Source: an uncultured Planctomycetia bacterium
GTDB taxonomy: Bacteria > Omnitrophota > Gorgyraeia > Tantalellales > Tantalellaceae
DNA length: 64,000 nt
Reading direction: 5' to 3'
Assembly (NCBI GenBank): GCA_964527765.1
Contig: CAZGQR010000002.1
Span: forward strand, 50,986 to 114,985
Position numbers and translations under genes: made by a program
Shown: in pieces, positions 10,320 to 19,845 of the stretch
Layout: each line of letters begins with the position of its first letter
Position numbering within the stretch: the stretch's first letter is position 1
The notes under the pieces: generated by a model
Seen by the model: only the letters and a program-made list of their open reading frames with translations
The model's database searches: none
Told to the model about the DNA's origin: nothing

Positions 10320-11729
10320 ATGTTGTTAAAGAAATTATACGATATTCTGGTGAAAATATATTTTGACATTATAAGGGACCCCCTCGTTGCCGTCTGCGGC
10401 AGGCTTAAAAAGGTTCCCAAGAAACTCGTACTTGACATGGACTGGTACCACTGGTGCCTTACCGAACAGGAAGAGCGCCTGAACCTGCATTCGCATCCCT
10501 TGATCTCCAGGTATGCCGATTTTATACGGATCGAAAGATCCCAGGTCTTTAAGAAAAAAGATCCCCCTTTGGAGATAAGCCAGGCTGATTATAAGGGGTT
10601 TACTTACGGCGGATTTAATTTGTGGGGCATTTGCAAGGCCACTATACTTTCGAATCTTGGAGCATTGAAGATCGAGCCGGAAAATCCGGGACATCTTAAG
10701 GAAGTCCAAAGAGTATATGGCGAAGCGGTCGTGGGCATAGAGAATATCAGGAAGCTTTTTAAGCGCCTGAGGCCGGATACCGTTTTTGTCTGCCAGGGAG
10801 GCGTTTTTGACAGCAGGTGCATTATTGAGGTAGCCAGGCGCGCCGGCATTAATGTTGTGGGGGTCGAGAACTCGATGATCGGGGGTTTTATTATTTTCGA
10901 TAATCTTAGCGGGCTTATAATAAACCGGTATTCGCTCGCCCGCCTTGGTTCAGAGATACTTGAAACGTGGCAGGTAACTGATTCGGACAGGAAAAAGGTG
11001 TTTGAGATGTGGCGCCGGAAGCTGTCCGAAAAGGCCGATGAACACAAAACCGGAGGGGTTGACGGGGCGGAAGAGATAAGAAAGGCCCTGGATATACCGG
11101 AGGGAAAAAGCCTCCTGCTTTTGTTGACGCAGGTAAGGACAGATGCCTCGATAGCGCTTGATTCCACGCTGTATGAAGATCCGGTGGATATGATAGTGGA
11201 GGTAGCGAAAAGCATCCGTGATTCAGAGGACACGTTACTTTTAATACGTCTCCACCCCAAGGAGTTTATGGGGAAAGCCCCGAACGGGATCCCTTATAAT
11301 AGGATGACGTATAACCTCTTAAGGGAGAGGGGCATAGACCGCATGCCGAACGTAAAAATAGTGGAAGACCCCAGATACAACACTTATACTTTAATGGAAA
11401 TAGCGAATGCCGGGGTCACTATCAATTCGCAGGCGGGGTTTGAGATGTGTCTTCTCGGCAAGCCGGTCATGGTATGCGGCAACGCGTTCTACGGCAATAA
11501 GGGTTTCACCGTTGACCTGGGACATCCCGCGGCCCTCAAGCCGACACTTGATTTTCTGGTCCACAAGGCGGAGATGTCGCCCGGGCAGCATGAACGGGCG
11601 TTGAATTTCCTTCATTTCCTTTACACAAGACACCTGTTCGATCATAAATTATCGATCAACCAGGAACGCCTTGCCGAGATCTTCGGAATACGGCCGATGC
11701 CTGGGGTGGGCCGGAAAGATCGGCGCTAA
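10320..11729 (+). CDS. Capsule-synthesis family protein (KpsS/KpsC-like, putative beta-Kdo transferase)
   Basis: QVRTDAS, RLHPKE, VTINSQAGFE..LLGKPV..G.AFY motifs; directly follows kpsF. Confidence 0.7.
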   Translation: MLLKKLYDILVKIYFDIIRDPLVAVCGRLKKVPKKLVLDMDWYHWCLTEQEERLNLHSHPLISRYADFIRIERSQVFKKKDPPLEISQADYKGFTYGGFNLWGICKATILSNLGALKIEPENPGHLKEVQRVYGEAVVGIENIRKLFKRLRPDTVFVCQGGVFDSRCIIEVARRAGINVVGVENSMIGGFIIFDNLSGLIINRYSLARLGSEILETWQVTDSDRKKVFEMWRRKLSEKADEHKTGGVDGAEEIRKALDIPEGKSLLLLLTQVRTDASIALDSTLYEDPVDMIVEVAKSIRDSEDTLLLIRLHPKEFMGKAPNGIPYNRMTYNLLRERGIDRMPNVKIVEDPRYNTYTLMEIANAGVTINSQAGFEMCLLGKPVMVCGNAFYGNKGFTVDLGHPAALKPTLDFLVHKAEMSPGQHERALNFLHFLYTRHLFDHKLSINQERLAEIFGIRPMPGVGRKDRR

Positions 11730-11739
11730 AGGAGAATAT

Positions 11740-12669
11740 ATGTCACAGGTTTTTGTTTCCGTGGTCATTCCCGTGCTGAATGATGCGCAAAGACTCGCTG
11801 TATGCCTCGGGGCCTTGCGGGCACAGACCTACCCGAAGGACCTTTTTGAGGTCATAGTCGTGGACAACGGTTCAACTGATGACATAAAAAGCGTTATTGA
11901 CGAGTTTAAGGATTTTACTTTTGTTTTGGAGACCGGCCGGGGTCCTGCCGCGGCAAGGAATAAAGGCGTTACTTTAGCCAGGGGCGAGATCATAGCTTTT
12001 ACCGATGCGGATTGCGTACCGGCGCCTGACTGGATCGAAAAAGCCGTTAAAAGCATGTCAAATGTTCCGAAATGCGATGTTATCGCCGGAAAAGTCGAAT
12101 TATTTTTCAAGGATGCGAATAACCCGAAGATCGTGGAACTTTACGAAAGTATCTGGGCATTTCAGCAGGAAAGATGTGTTGAAAAATCACGTTTCGGCGT
12201 AACCGCAAATCTTATTACCTATAAACAGGTCTTTAAAGATGTGGGTCTGTTTGACAGCAATACCTTTAAAACGGCCGCGGGAGAGGACAGGGAGTGGGGG
12301 AATCGGGTGTTCTCATCCGGACGCAGGATCGTCTACGCGGACGATGTACGGGTCGCCCACCCGGCTGTGTCTTCCTGGAAAGAGTTATTCAATAAGGAGA
12401 TCAGGATAGCCCGCGGGAATTTTCTGTTTGCCGGAGAGAAGACCTTACCAACACGGGAATATTTTTCAATCACGGTTAAAAGAGCGTCAGAAGTTCTTGA
12501 AAGCATAGTGCGTTTTTGGTCGGATAAAAGAGTAAAAGGGAAACGCCAGAAGATCGCCGTTATTTTTGTGCAAATATGCATGAGGTTTGTGGGATTTTTT
12601 GAAAGAACGCGATTGCGGTTGTCCGGAAAAGATAATGAAGAAAATAAGCGTCATAATCCCGACATATAA
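11740..12669 (+). CDS. Glycosyltransferase family 2
   Basis: VSVVIPV, VVDNGSTD, AARNKG, FTDADC; start after AAGGAG RBS. Confidence 0.9.
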   Translation: MSQVFVSVVIPVLNDAQRLAVCLGALRAQTYPKDLFEVIVVDNGSTDDIKSVIDEFKDFTFVLETGRGPAAARNKGVTLARGEIIAFTDADCVPAPDWIEKAVKSMSNVPKCDVIAGKVELFFKDANNPKIVELYESIWAFQQERCVEKSRFGVTANLITYKQVFKDVGLFDSNTFKTAAGEDREWGNRVFSSGRRIVYADDVRVAHPAVSSWKELFNKEIRIARGNFLFAGEKTLPTREYFSITVKRASEVLESIVRFWSDKRVKGKRQKIAVIFVQICMRFVGFFERTRLRLSGKDNEENKRHNPDI

Positions 12670-13489
12670 CAGGCCCGACCGTCTCAGGCGGTGCCTTGAG
12701 AGTGTTGCCCGGCAGACCCTTTCAAAGGAAGATTTTGAGGTTTTTATCATGGATGACGGGTCTGAACGGGACAATAGACCCGTGGTCGACGAGTTTTCCG
12801 GCGAGATGGACCTGACCTACGTGAAGTGCGAGAAAGAAGGACCCGCCGCCTCACGGAACAAGGGACTGAAGAGAGCAAATGCTCCTGTTGTTGCCTTTGC
12901 CGATGACGATTGCGTGCTTGATGAGGGCTGGTTATCCGCTATTCATGAAGGATTTGAGCGTCATCCCGGGATATCGTGCCTGAAGGGCAGGACCCTCGCG
13001 TTTGAACCCAATGAATTCGCCGGGGCCTGTGAAAAATATATTTATGGTTCAAAAAAGTCCCATGCGACGAACAATATCGCCTACAGGAAAGAGGTTTTTG
13101 GCGATATCGGCGGTTTTGACACGCGGTATCGTGGCGCTGCCGGCGAGGACGTGGATCTCAAGTGGCGGTTTTTGAAAGCGGGATACAAGAGGCTGTATTC
13201 GGAAGATATGGTGGCGTACCATCCGCATGAAGATTCGATGCCCGCCTTTAAGGATAAATGCTACAGGGTCGGTAACGGTTTAGGGGTTTTTGTAAGAAAA
13301 TATATCTTCAGGGATCCGCTATTGGCTATCGGCGCCTTTATTTATGATATAAGATATCTGCCGCTGAGCTGGTATTTTTTGTTGTTTAAAAAAGAAAGTC
13401 ATTCTTCATTTTCATTAAGGGCGGTGCGTTCTGCGCTGATCCTGAAGGGATTTTTGGATTCTTTCAAAATTAAGAATAAGGAAAAATGA
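12635..13489 (+). CDS. Glycosyltransferase family 2
   Basis: ISVIIPTYNR, DDGS, SRNKG, FADDDC, GEDVD. Confidence 0.9.
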   Translation: MKKISVIIPTYNRPDRLRRCLESVARQTLSKEDFEVFIMDDGSERDNRPVVDEFSGEMDLTYVKCEKEGPAASRNKGLKRANAPVVAFADDDCVLDEGWLSAIHEGFERHPGISCLKGRTLAFEPNEFAGACEKYIYGSKKSHATNNIAYRKEVFGDIGGFDTRYRGAAGEDVDLKWRFLKAGYKRLYSEDMVAYHPHEDSMPAFKDKCYRVGNGLGVFVRKYIFRDPLLAIGAFIYDIRYLPLSWYFLLFKKESHSSFSLRAVRSALILKGFLDSFKIKNKEK

Positions 13490-14613
13490 GGATCTTATAC
13501 ATAACCAGGAAATTTCCGCCTTCTATCGGCGGGATGCAAAGACAGAGTTACGAGTTTTATAACGCTCTTAAGGAAAAGGAAGAAGTTTTTTTGGTTTCAT
13601 GGGGGCATTCCCAGAAGTTTCTGCCGTTTTTCCTTGCGATAGCCGCGGTTAAAGGAGCGTATCATATTCTACGGCATAAAGCGGATGTTGTGCAGGTCGG
13701 GGATATGGTACTTGCGCCCCTGGGTTTTATGTTTAAATTATTTTTCCGAAGGACTGTTTTTGCGATGTCGCACGGTAAGGATACGTACTTCAATAATGCG
13801 CTGTATCAGTACTGCATTCCCGGTTTCGCAAAGAGGCTTGACGGGATAATATGCGTAAGCGATTTTTTAAAGCAGGTTCTTGTGTCCAGGGGTCTGGATC
13901 CGGGAAAGTTGTTTGTTGTGAATAACGGCATGAACGCTGCGGATTATACTGAGATCCGCGATAAGATAGCGGCCGTGAACGAAATAGAGCTGAAATACGG
14001 GATAGACCTGGAAAATAAAAAGATAATCCTGTCGGTGTCCCGGCTGGTGAAAAGAAAAGGGCTTTCGCATTTCGTGAAAAACATATTCCCTCATATTGTC
14101 AAGGGCGTCCCGGATGCGGTGTTATTGCTGGCAGGCGAAGATGCCGGAAGAGAGACCAGGAAAGAAAAAGACGCGATCACGGAGATCGCGAAAAGACTTA
14201 ACATCGATAACAGGGTATTTTTCCTCGGTAACATCAGGGACAGGGGGCTGCTTGGCCGGATTTATTCGATCTCTGACGTACTGATAATGCCGAATATCGT
14301 GGTAAAAGGCGAGAGTGAAGGTTTCGGGATCGTGGCCCTGGAAGCTTCCGTGAGCAGGGTTCCGGTTATCGCTTTCAGCGTGGGCGGCATCCCGGATGCC
14401 GTGAAGAACGGAGAGAACGGTATATTGGTAAAAAAGGGCGATAACGATGGATTTGCGCAAGCCGTAGAAAGAATTCTAATCGATGAAAAAACGAGAATGG
14501 ATCTGGGCAATAAGGCCAGGGAATTTGTTAAGAAAAATTATGATTGGAACGTATTAATGAACAGATATGTTGAAATCTTAAAAAAGGCCCGAGGATCCCG
14601 CCGGGTCACTTAA
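13486..14613 (+). CDS. Glycosyltransferase family 4
   Basis: FPPSIGG, SRLVKRKG, EGFGIVALEA, GGIPDAV. Confidence 0.92.
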   Translation: MRILYITRKFPPSIGGMQRQSYEFYNALKEKEEVFLVSWGHSQKFLPFFLAIAAVKGAYHILRHKADVVQVGDMVLAPLGFMFKLFFRRTVFAMSHGKDTYFNNALYQYCIPGFAKRLDGIICVSDFLKQVLVSRGLDPGKLFVVNNGMNAADYTEIRDKIAAVNEIELKYGIDLENKKIILSVSRLVKRKGLSHFVKNIFPHIVKGVPDAVLLLAGEDAGRETRKEKDAITEIAKRLNIDNRVFFLGNIRDRGLLGRIYSISDVLIMPNIVVKGESEGFGIVALEASVSRVPVIAFSVGGIPDAVKNGENGILVKKGDNDGFAQAVERILIDEKTRMDLGNKAREFVKKNYDWNVLMNRYVEILKKARGSRRVT

Positions 14614-15576
14614 TCACATATTTAATTCCATTCTTTTTATCTTGCTCAGCGTATCTTCAACTAATCTTCTATTCGCGGATATCAGATCGGCCAGCATCCC
14701 CAGGAGGAATATCTGAAAGCCCAGGATCAGAAGAACGGCGGACAATATCAGCGACTGGACATGTCCGGCCGCTCCCTTGTTGATTATATAAAAGTAAAGG
14801 AATCTCAATCCGACCAGAAAACCCGCGAGGAAGATCGTTCCACCGAGCCGCGCAAAGACCTTTAACGGTTTGTACATGGTGTAGACCCTTAACAGGGTAG
14901 CTGCGGACCTGAGCAGGTATTCCGGAACGCTCTTGAAAAGGCGGGACTTCCTGAGGTCCGGGTTAGTGGAGACCTCGATATTCTCCACGGCAAGGCCTTT
15001 ATTGCCCGCCGCGATTATGGTTTCGAGAGTATAGGTGAACTCGGAGATGACATTTAATCTTATGGCGGCCTCCTTGCTGTAGGCCCTGAAACCGGTAGTG
15101 GCATCGGGGATATCGAGCCCCGAAAGGTACTTGACGACCTTGCTGCCGGTGCGCTGCAGTCTCTTTTTTATAAGGGAAAAATGCCTGATCTCCTCTATTT
15201 TTCTGTTCCCGATGACTATATCGGCCTTTTTTTCGATAATAGGCCGTACCAGTTTTTCTATGTCTTTGCCTTTATACTGGTTGTCGGCGTCCGTGTTCAC
15301 GATGATATCCGCGCCAAGCCTGAGCGCGGCATCTATCCCTGTTGCGAAGACGACGGCAAGACCCCTTCTTTTTTTGAGGCTTACGATGTGGCCGGCGCCG
15401 TTCTCCGCGGCTGCGCCGGCGGTATTGTCCGTGCTTCCGTCGTTTATCACGAGCGTCTCGATCTCGGAGACCCCCGGTATGGTCTTTGGCAGGCCTTTTA
15501 GCGTTACAGGCAGGGTTTTCTCCTCGTTGTAGCAGGGTATCTGGATGATCAGTTTATATTTTTCCATAAAAGTCAC
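14614..15576 (-). CDS. GT2, polyprenol-phosphate glycosyltransferase-like with two C-terminal TM helices
   Basis: QIPCYNEE, NDGSTD, TDADNQY, DATTGFRAYS. Confidence 0.88.
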   Translation of the reverse strand: MTFMEKYKLIIQIPCYNEEKTLPVTLKGLPKTIPGVSEIETLVINDGSTDNTAGAAAENGAGHIVSLKKRRGLAVVFATGIDAALRLGADIIVNTDADNQYKGKDIEKLVRPIIEKKADIVIGNRKIEEIRHFSLIKKRLQRTGSKVVKYLSGLDIPDATTGFRAYSKEAAIRLNVISEFTYTLETIIAAGNKGLAVENIEVSTNPDLRKSRLFKSVPEYLLRSAATLLRVYTMYKPLKVFARLGGTIFLAGFLVGLRFLYFYIINKGAAGHVQSLILSAVLLILGFQIFLLGMLADLISANRRLVEDTLSKIKRMELNM

Positions 15577-15757
15577 CTTTGGATATTAAGAACTTTTCAA
15601 ATGTTCGCGTATTATAGATTTAAGATTATCATATTTGTTCCCGAAAAACAAGATGATAAAAATCACACTGACCGTTGCTATACGTCCGATTTATGCGGTA
15701 TAATATACTGGCCGGCACGCGCTCGCTTCTGTGGACCTGAAGCAAGGAGGTATTCCC

Positions 15758-16387
15758 ATGAAGGGCATGATTATCGTTTTGGTCTTTGCGCTCATTTGTT
15801 TTATGAGCCCGGGCTCTCATGCCGCTAATGAGATCCGTTTTGACTTCGAGGGGACGAACCAGGGCTGGATAATCCCCGATTGGGCCTATTATCAAAGTGA
15901 CCATAAAGCCAAAACCGTCGAGGTAAGCGATAAAGAGGTATCGCACGGCAAAAACTCCCTGGCGGTGATGTGTGAATTTCCGGGCGACGAATGGACGGCG
16001 GCACTTGTTGAGTGGAAAAGAGAGGTAGATCTAAGCGGGTATGATACTATCTCCGTCGATGTGTATGTTCCCAAAGGGGCGCCCAGGGCGCTTTTGAAGG
16101 GCAGGATCATACTGACCGCGGGGGAGGGGTGGCATTTCACCGAGATGAAAAACGCGGTTTACCTCAAACCCGGAAGATGGACCACCATAAAAGCAAAACT
16201 CGAATCCGAAGCGCCTGCGGAAGGCGAACCCTCGGATTGGAAAGGCAGGGGCGACAAAGCCCTTTATAAAAATATCGATAATATAAAGAAGATCGCCGTC
16301 AGGATAGAGTATGACGCCGCACCCCCTCACAGGATGGGCCCCAGATATCACGGTCCTATCTATATCGATAATGTAGTCATAAAATAA
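15758..16387 (+). CDS. Secreted protein, galactose-binding/CBM-like fold
   Basis: Signal peptide after AGGAGG RBS; FDFEG..GW, DLSGYD.ISVDVY, IYIDNV pattern of CBM-like beta-sandwiches. Confidence 0.6.
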   Translation: MKGMIIVLVFALICFMSPGSHAANEIRFDFEGTNQGWIIPDWAYYQSDHKAKTVEVSDKEVSHGKNSLAVMCEFPGDEWTAALVEWKREVDLSGYDTISVDVYVPKGAPRALLKGRIILTAGEGWHFTEMKNAVYLKPGRWTTIKAKLESEAPAEGEPSDWKGRGDKALYKNIDNIKKIAVRIEYDAAPPHRMGPRYHGPIYIDNVVIK

Positions 16388-16407
16388 AGCTGAAGAGGGC
16401 AGGATCC

Positions 16408-17211
16408 ATGAAGAAAAAGATTCTCATAGGGATCCTTGTTCTGGCCCTGGTCTTTACGCTCGGCAAGAACAAGATCATAGAGATATTCGTTGAAAGAAGT
16501 TGCACCTCCATACTGGGCGCGAAGCTGGACATCCGGAGCATGAGAATAGGGATACTCAGGACGGCCATAGACATCAGGGGGATGAAACTGTATAATCCGG
16601 AAGGTTATCCTGACGAGCTTATGGCGGACATACCCGGGATCTATGTCGACTACAGTTTGCCGAGATTACTGAAAGGAACGGTGCATCTGAAGGAACTGAA
16701 GTTTTATCTGAAAGAGTTCAATATCATCAAGAACAGCAACGGAGAGGTGAACGTGAATTCCCTTAAGCCCGTTAGGACCAAAACGAACGGGAAAAAAATG
16801 GAACAGCAGGAAAAAGACAAGACCCCGGATATAGAGATAGATATATTGTATCTTAAGGCCGATGATGTTTTTTATAAGGACTATACAAAGGATCCTGTGG
16901 AAGTGCAGGATTTCAAAGTCGGCATCAACGAAAGATATGAGAATATCAGCGATCCGTATACCCTGGTGAGACTGATCATAGCCAGGGTCATCCGCAATAC
17001 GGCCGCATCAGGGCTTATAAACGTGCCCATGGCAGAGGTGCAGAAGGTCATGGGAAGTGTTTACCAGGTGGGGGCCAGTGCGGTCGAAGGGACTACCGGT
17101 ACCGCCGGGAAACTGGTAAAAGAAGCGGGCGGCACGGTAAAAGCGCTCCGGGAAGGACTGGGGGAGGCCATTGCGGGCCCTTTTTCACGCGAGGGATCCG
17201 GGAAGCAGTAA
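16408..17211 (+). CDS. AsmA-like membrane-anchored protein
   Basis: N-terminal anchor; LYNPEGY, NGEVNV pattern. Confidence 0.55.
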   Translation: MKKKILIGILVLALVFTLGKNKIIEIFVERSCTSILGAKLDIRSMRIGILRTAIDIRGMKLYNPEGYPDELMADIPGIYVDYSLPRLLKGTVHLKELKFYLKEFNIIKNSNGEVNVNSLKPVRTKTNGKKMEQQEKDKTPDIEIDILYLKADDVFYKDYTKDPVEVQDFKVGINERYENISDPYTLVRLIIARVIRNTAASGLINVPMAEVQKVMGSVYQVGASAVEGTTGTAGKLVKEAGGTVKALREGLGEAIAGPFSREGSGKQ

Positions 17212-17324
17212 CGTATTGAAAAATCTATCGACAAATCAAGATGCTTATTGTAGAATTTATATCACCTAACAATGTGGTTTTCTTCATCATGCAAGCGGCA
17301 TTTTTGCGGGAACGGAGATGATAT

Positions 17325-17684
17325 ATGAAAGAACATAATATACTGGTCGTTGACGATAACAAGGATTTTGCTGACGTTTTTTGCGATATATTGAAGGCCA
17401 ATGATTACAAGGCCGAAAGTTGTTACGGCGGCGCCCGGGCAGTGGAAATGGCGAAAGAGAACACCTATGATATAATGTTCCTGGATATAAGGATGCCGGA
17501 CATGGACGGCATCCAGACCCTCAAAGTGATCAAGAAGATCCGCCCGGAGACCATCGTCATCATGATGACCGGATATTCTGTGGACGAGATGGTCCATAAG
17601 GCGCTCGAAGAAAAGGCATCCGAGATAATATACAAACCTTTCGAAATAGATAAGGTCCTGAGTTTGATAAAGGACACCGCGTAG
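17325..17684 (+). CDS. Single-domain response regulator
   Basis: ILVVDD, FLDIRMPDMDG, MMTGY, YKPF. Confidence 0.92.
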   Translation: MKEHNILVVDDNKDFADVFCDILKANDYKAESCYGGARAVEMAKENTYDIMFLDIRMPDMDGIQTLKVIKKIRPETIVIMMTGYSVDEMVHKALEEKASEIIYKPFEIDKVLSLIKDTA

Positions 17685-17696
17685 ATCCGCAAGGCT

Positions 17697-18479
17697 ATGA
17701 GAGGGAGCCTTTTAAATCCTTACCGAGAATTATTCACACATTCCGCGTGCAGGCGTTTTTTTCCGTATCTTTTGACAATTCTTATGTTCTCGGCGTGTAT
17801 TTCCATGCCCGCCGAAGCGTATGTTGACGAAAACAGGTTCTTCTCTTATAAAAGGTTCATCCTCAACAAGGATTTTGTCGGCAGCATTCCCGCTGACGGA
17901 AGGGTGCAAAAGACCCTGAACATTTTCGTGGCCGATTTCAAAAACGCCCTGGAAGCTATTTCCGACGGGCGCCCGGAAGAGGCAAAAAGAGATCTGCTGA
18001 AGGCGCGCGAGACCTGGCCCGAGTATTTCGGCGTGGATTTTTTGCTGGCACGCATCTATGAAGATCAGGGCGATTACGGGACCGCAGCGCGATACTATAA
18101 AAGCTATCTGAATAAACTCAAGGATCTGCATGCCGGAAGGTACCGCATTTCCGGACCGCTGATACGCGGCATCACCGCCTCCGGCATTGAAGAATATCAT
18201 TCCGCGCATGAACTTATTGAACGGCGGCTGGCCCGTTACGGTATCAGCCTGGGCGTCGTGCGTCCGGTTTTTACGCCCCCCAGGGTCCTGTTACCTTCTT
18301 TGCTGGTCATGGCCGCAGCCGGCGCTTACGCGATGATATACTACTGGTTATGGCCATATGTAAAAAGAAGGCGCTTGATCAGCAATCCGCCCGAGGGGTT
18401 CTGGATATGCAGGTATTGTGACACGGCTAATCCCGATCTTTGCAAGGAATGCGGAAAATGCGGCCACCCCCGGGAATAA
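17697..18479 (+). CDS. TPR-containing membrane protein with C-terminal RanBP2-like zinc ribbon
   Basis: TPR-like LARIYEDQGDY..A..YY, TM helix, WICRYC..N....KECGKCG. Confidence 0.6.
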   Translation: MRGSLLNPYRELFTHSACRRFFPYLLTILMFSACISMPAEAYVDENRFFSYKRFILNKDFVGSIPADGRVQKTLNIFVADFKNALEAISDGRPEEAKRDLLKARETWPEYFGVDFLLARIYEDQGDYGTAARYYKSYLNKLKDLHAGRYRISGPLIRGITASGIEEYHSAHELIERRLARYGISLGVVRPVFTPPRVLLPSLLVMAAAGAYAMIYYWLWPYVKRRRLISNPPEGFWICRYCDTANPDLCKECGKCGHPRE

Positions 18480-18500
18480 GCGTTACCGGTTTCATCTGAT

Positions 18501-19259
18501 ATGGATAAGGAAAAGTTGTTCAATTATTGTTTTGGCTGCCCGGCAGAGATCTTCCCGGAAACAGCGATCATAACCCCCGTTCTTCCGGTAAAAAGCTTCA
18601 AGGAGCACTGTGATGAGGCGGCGCCTTTCAGCGGCCGGTTATATTCGGGCATGATGGCCGTAAAGAACGGCGTGGAGTTTGCCGTGATCCATTGCGGCAT
18701 GGGGGACCGTTTCATGGGGGACGCAGTCCTTCTCATGGATATCGCTCCGGTACGCAGGATAGTTTTCGCCGGGACTTGCGGGGGGCTGAACGGATGCAGG
18801 ATAGGCGATCTCATAGCGTGCCGGAACGCTTTTAACGGAGAGGGTTTTTCCAGATACCATGCGGACTCGTTTGACATGAAAAAGGTTTTTGATACCGGCG
18901 AGCTGATACCCGCCGCTCCCGCTTATACGGAAAGTTTAATAGGGTTTTTGTCCGAACGGGCGCCGGGCGGAGCGGTTTTTAGGACCGGTGACATCTTCAC
19001 GATAGGATCGCTTATGGCGGAGGAACGGAAGAACGTGATCGGCATAGAAGAAAAGGGTTTCAAGGGGATAGACCTTGAGCTCTCAGCCGTGTATCATGCC
19101 GCGCGCAGGATCGGCCGTGAGGCGACGGGCCTGGCGCTTGTCAGCGACCTGCCCCTGCAAAGGCCGATATGGGATCAACCGGCTCAAAAGGAGAAGAACG
19201 GTTACGGTAACGGGCTAAGGCAACTGGTACGTTTTTCCGCGGAATTCGCTGTCCTTTGA
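18501..19259 (+). CDS. Nucleoside phosphorylase-family protein (PNP_UDP)
   Basis: CGMG, FAGTCGGL, GIDLELSA, LVSD motifs. Confidence 0.7.
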   Translation: MDKEKLFNYCFGCPAEIFPETAIITPVLPVKSFKEHCDEAAPFSGRLYSGMMAVKNGVEFAVIHCGMGDRFMGDAVLLMDIAPVRRIVFAGTCGGLNGCRIGDLIACRNAFNGEGFSRYHADSFDMKKVFDTGELIPAAPAYTESLIGFLSERAPGGAVFRTGDIFTIGSLMAEERKNVIGIEEKGFKGIDLELSAVYHAARRIGREATGLALVSDLPLQRPIWDQPAQKEKNGYGNGLRQLVRFSAEFAVL

Positions 19260-19282
19260 AGAAGGGGCAGAAAGGAGATGAA

Positions 19283-19837
19283 ATGAAGAAGGAAGCGCTG
19301 GTAGTTCTTGCTGAAGGATTTGAAGAGATAGAAGCGATCACCCCCGTGGATGTCCTTCGCCGGGCAGAGGTGAATGTTATCGTGGCCGGTCTCGGGGGGA
19401 ACTCCGTAACCGGCGCGCACGGTGTCGCGATAATAACCGATATTGCCTTTGATGATTACGGGTCTCTCCCCGATGCCGTGGTATTTCCCGGAGGACTGCC
19501 GGGCGCCGAGAAGCTCGCGTCTTCGGTAAAGGTAAAAGATATGATCCTGAAGATGAATTCCGAACAGAGGCTGATCGCCGCGATATGCGCTTCACCGGCG
19601 CTGGTCCTTGCTCCGGCGGGTATCTTGAGCGGCAGGACGGCGACCTGTTATCCGGGGCTGGAAAAGAATTTTTTGCCGGACGTAAAGTTTGTGAAGGAAA
19701 AAGTCGTTCAGGACGGCAACATCATCACCAGCCGCGGGCCCGCGACGGCGCTGGATTTCGCCCTTAAGATCGCAGAGAATCTCGCAGGAAAGGCCAAAGC
19801 GGACATGCTCGCCCAGCAGGTGCTTTTCAATACATAG
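19283..19837 (+). CDS. DJ-1/ThiJ/YajL family protein
   Basis: GFEEIEA, FPGGLPGA, AAICASP, ATCYPG, TSRGP. Confidence 0.92.
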   Translation: MKKEALVVLAEGFEEIEAITPVDVLRRAEVNVIVAGLGGNSVTGAHGVAIITDIAFDDYGSLPDAVVFPGGLPGAEKLASSVKVKDMILKMNSEQRLIAAICASPALVLAPAGILSGRTATCYPGLEKNFLPDVKFVKEKVVQDGNIITSRGPATALDFALKIAENLAGKAKADMLAQQVLFNT

Positions 19838-19845
19838 ATCACGGC

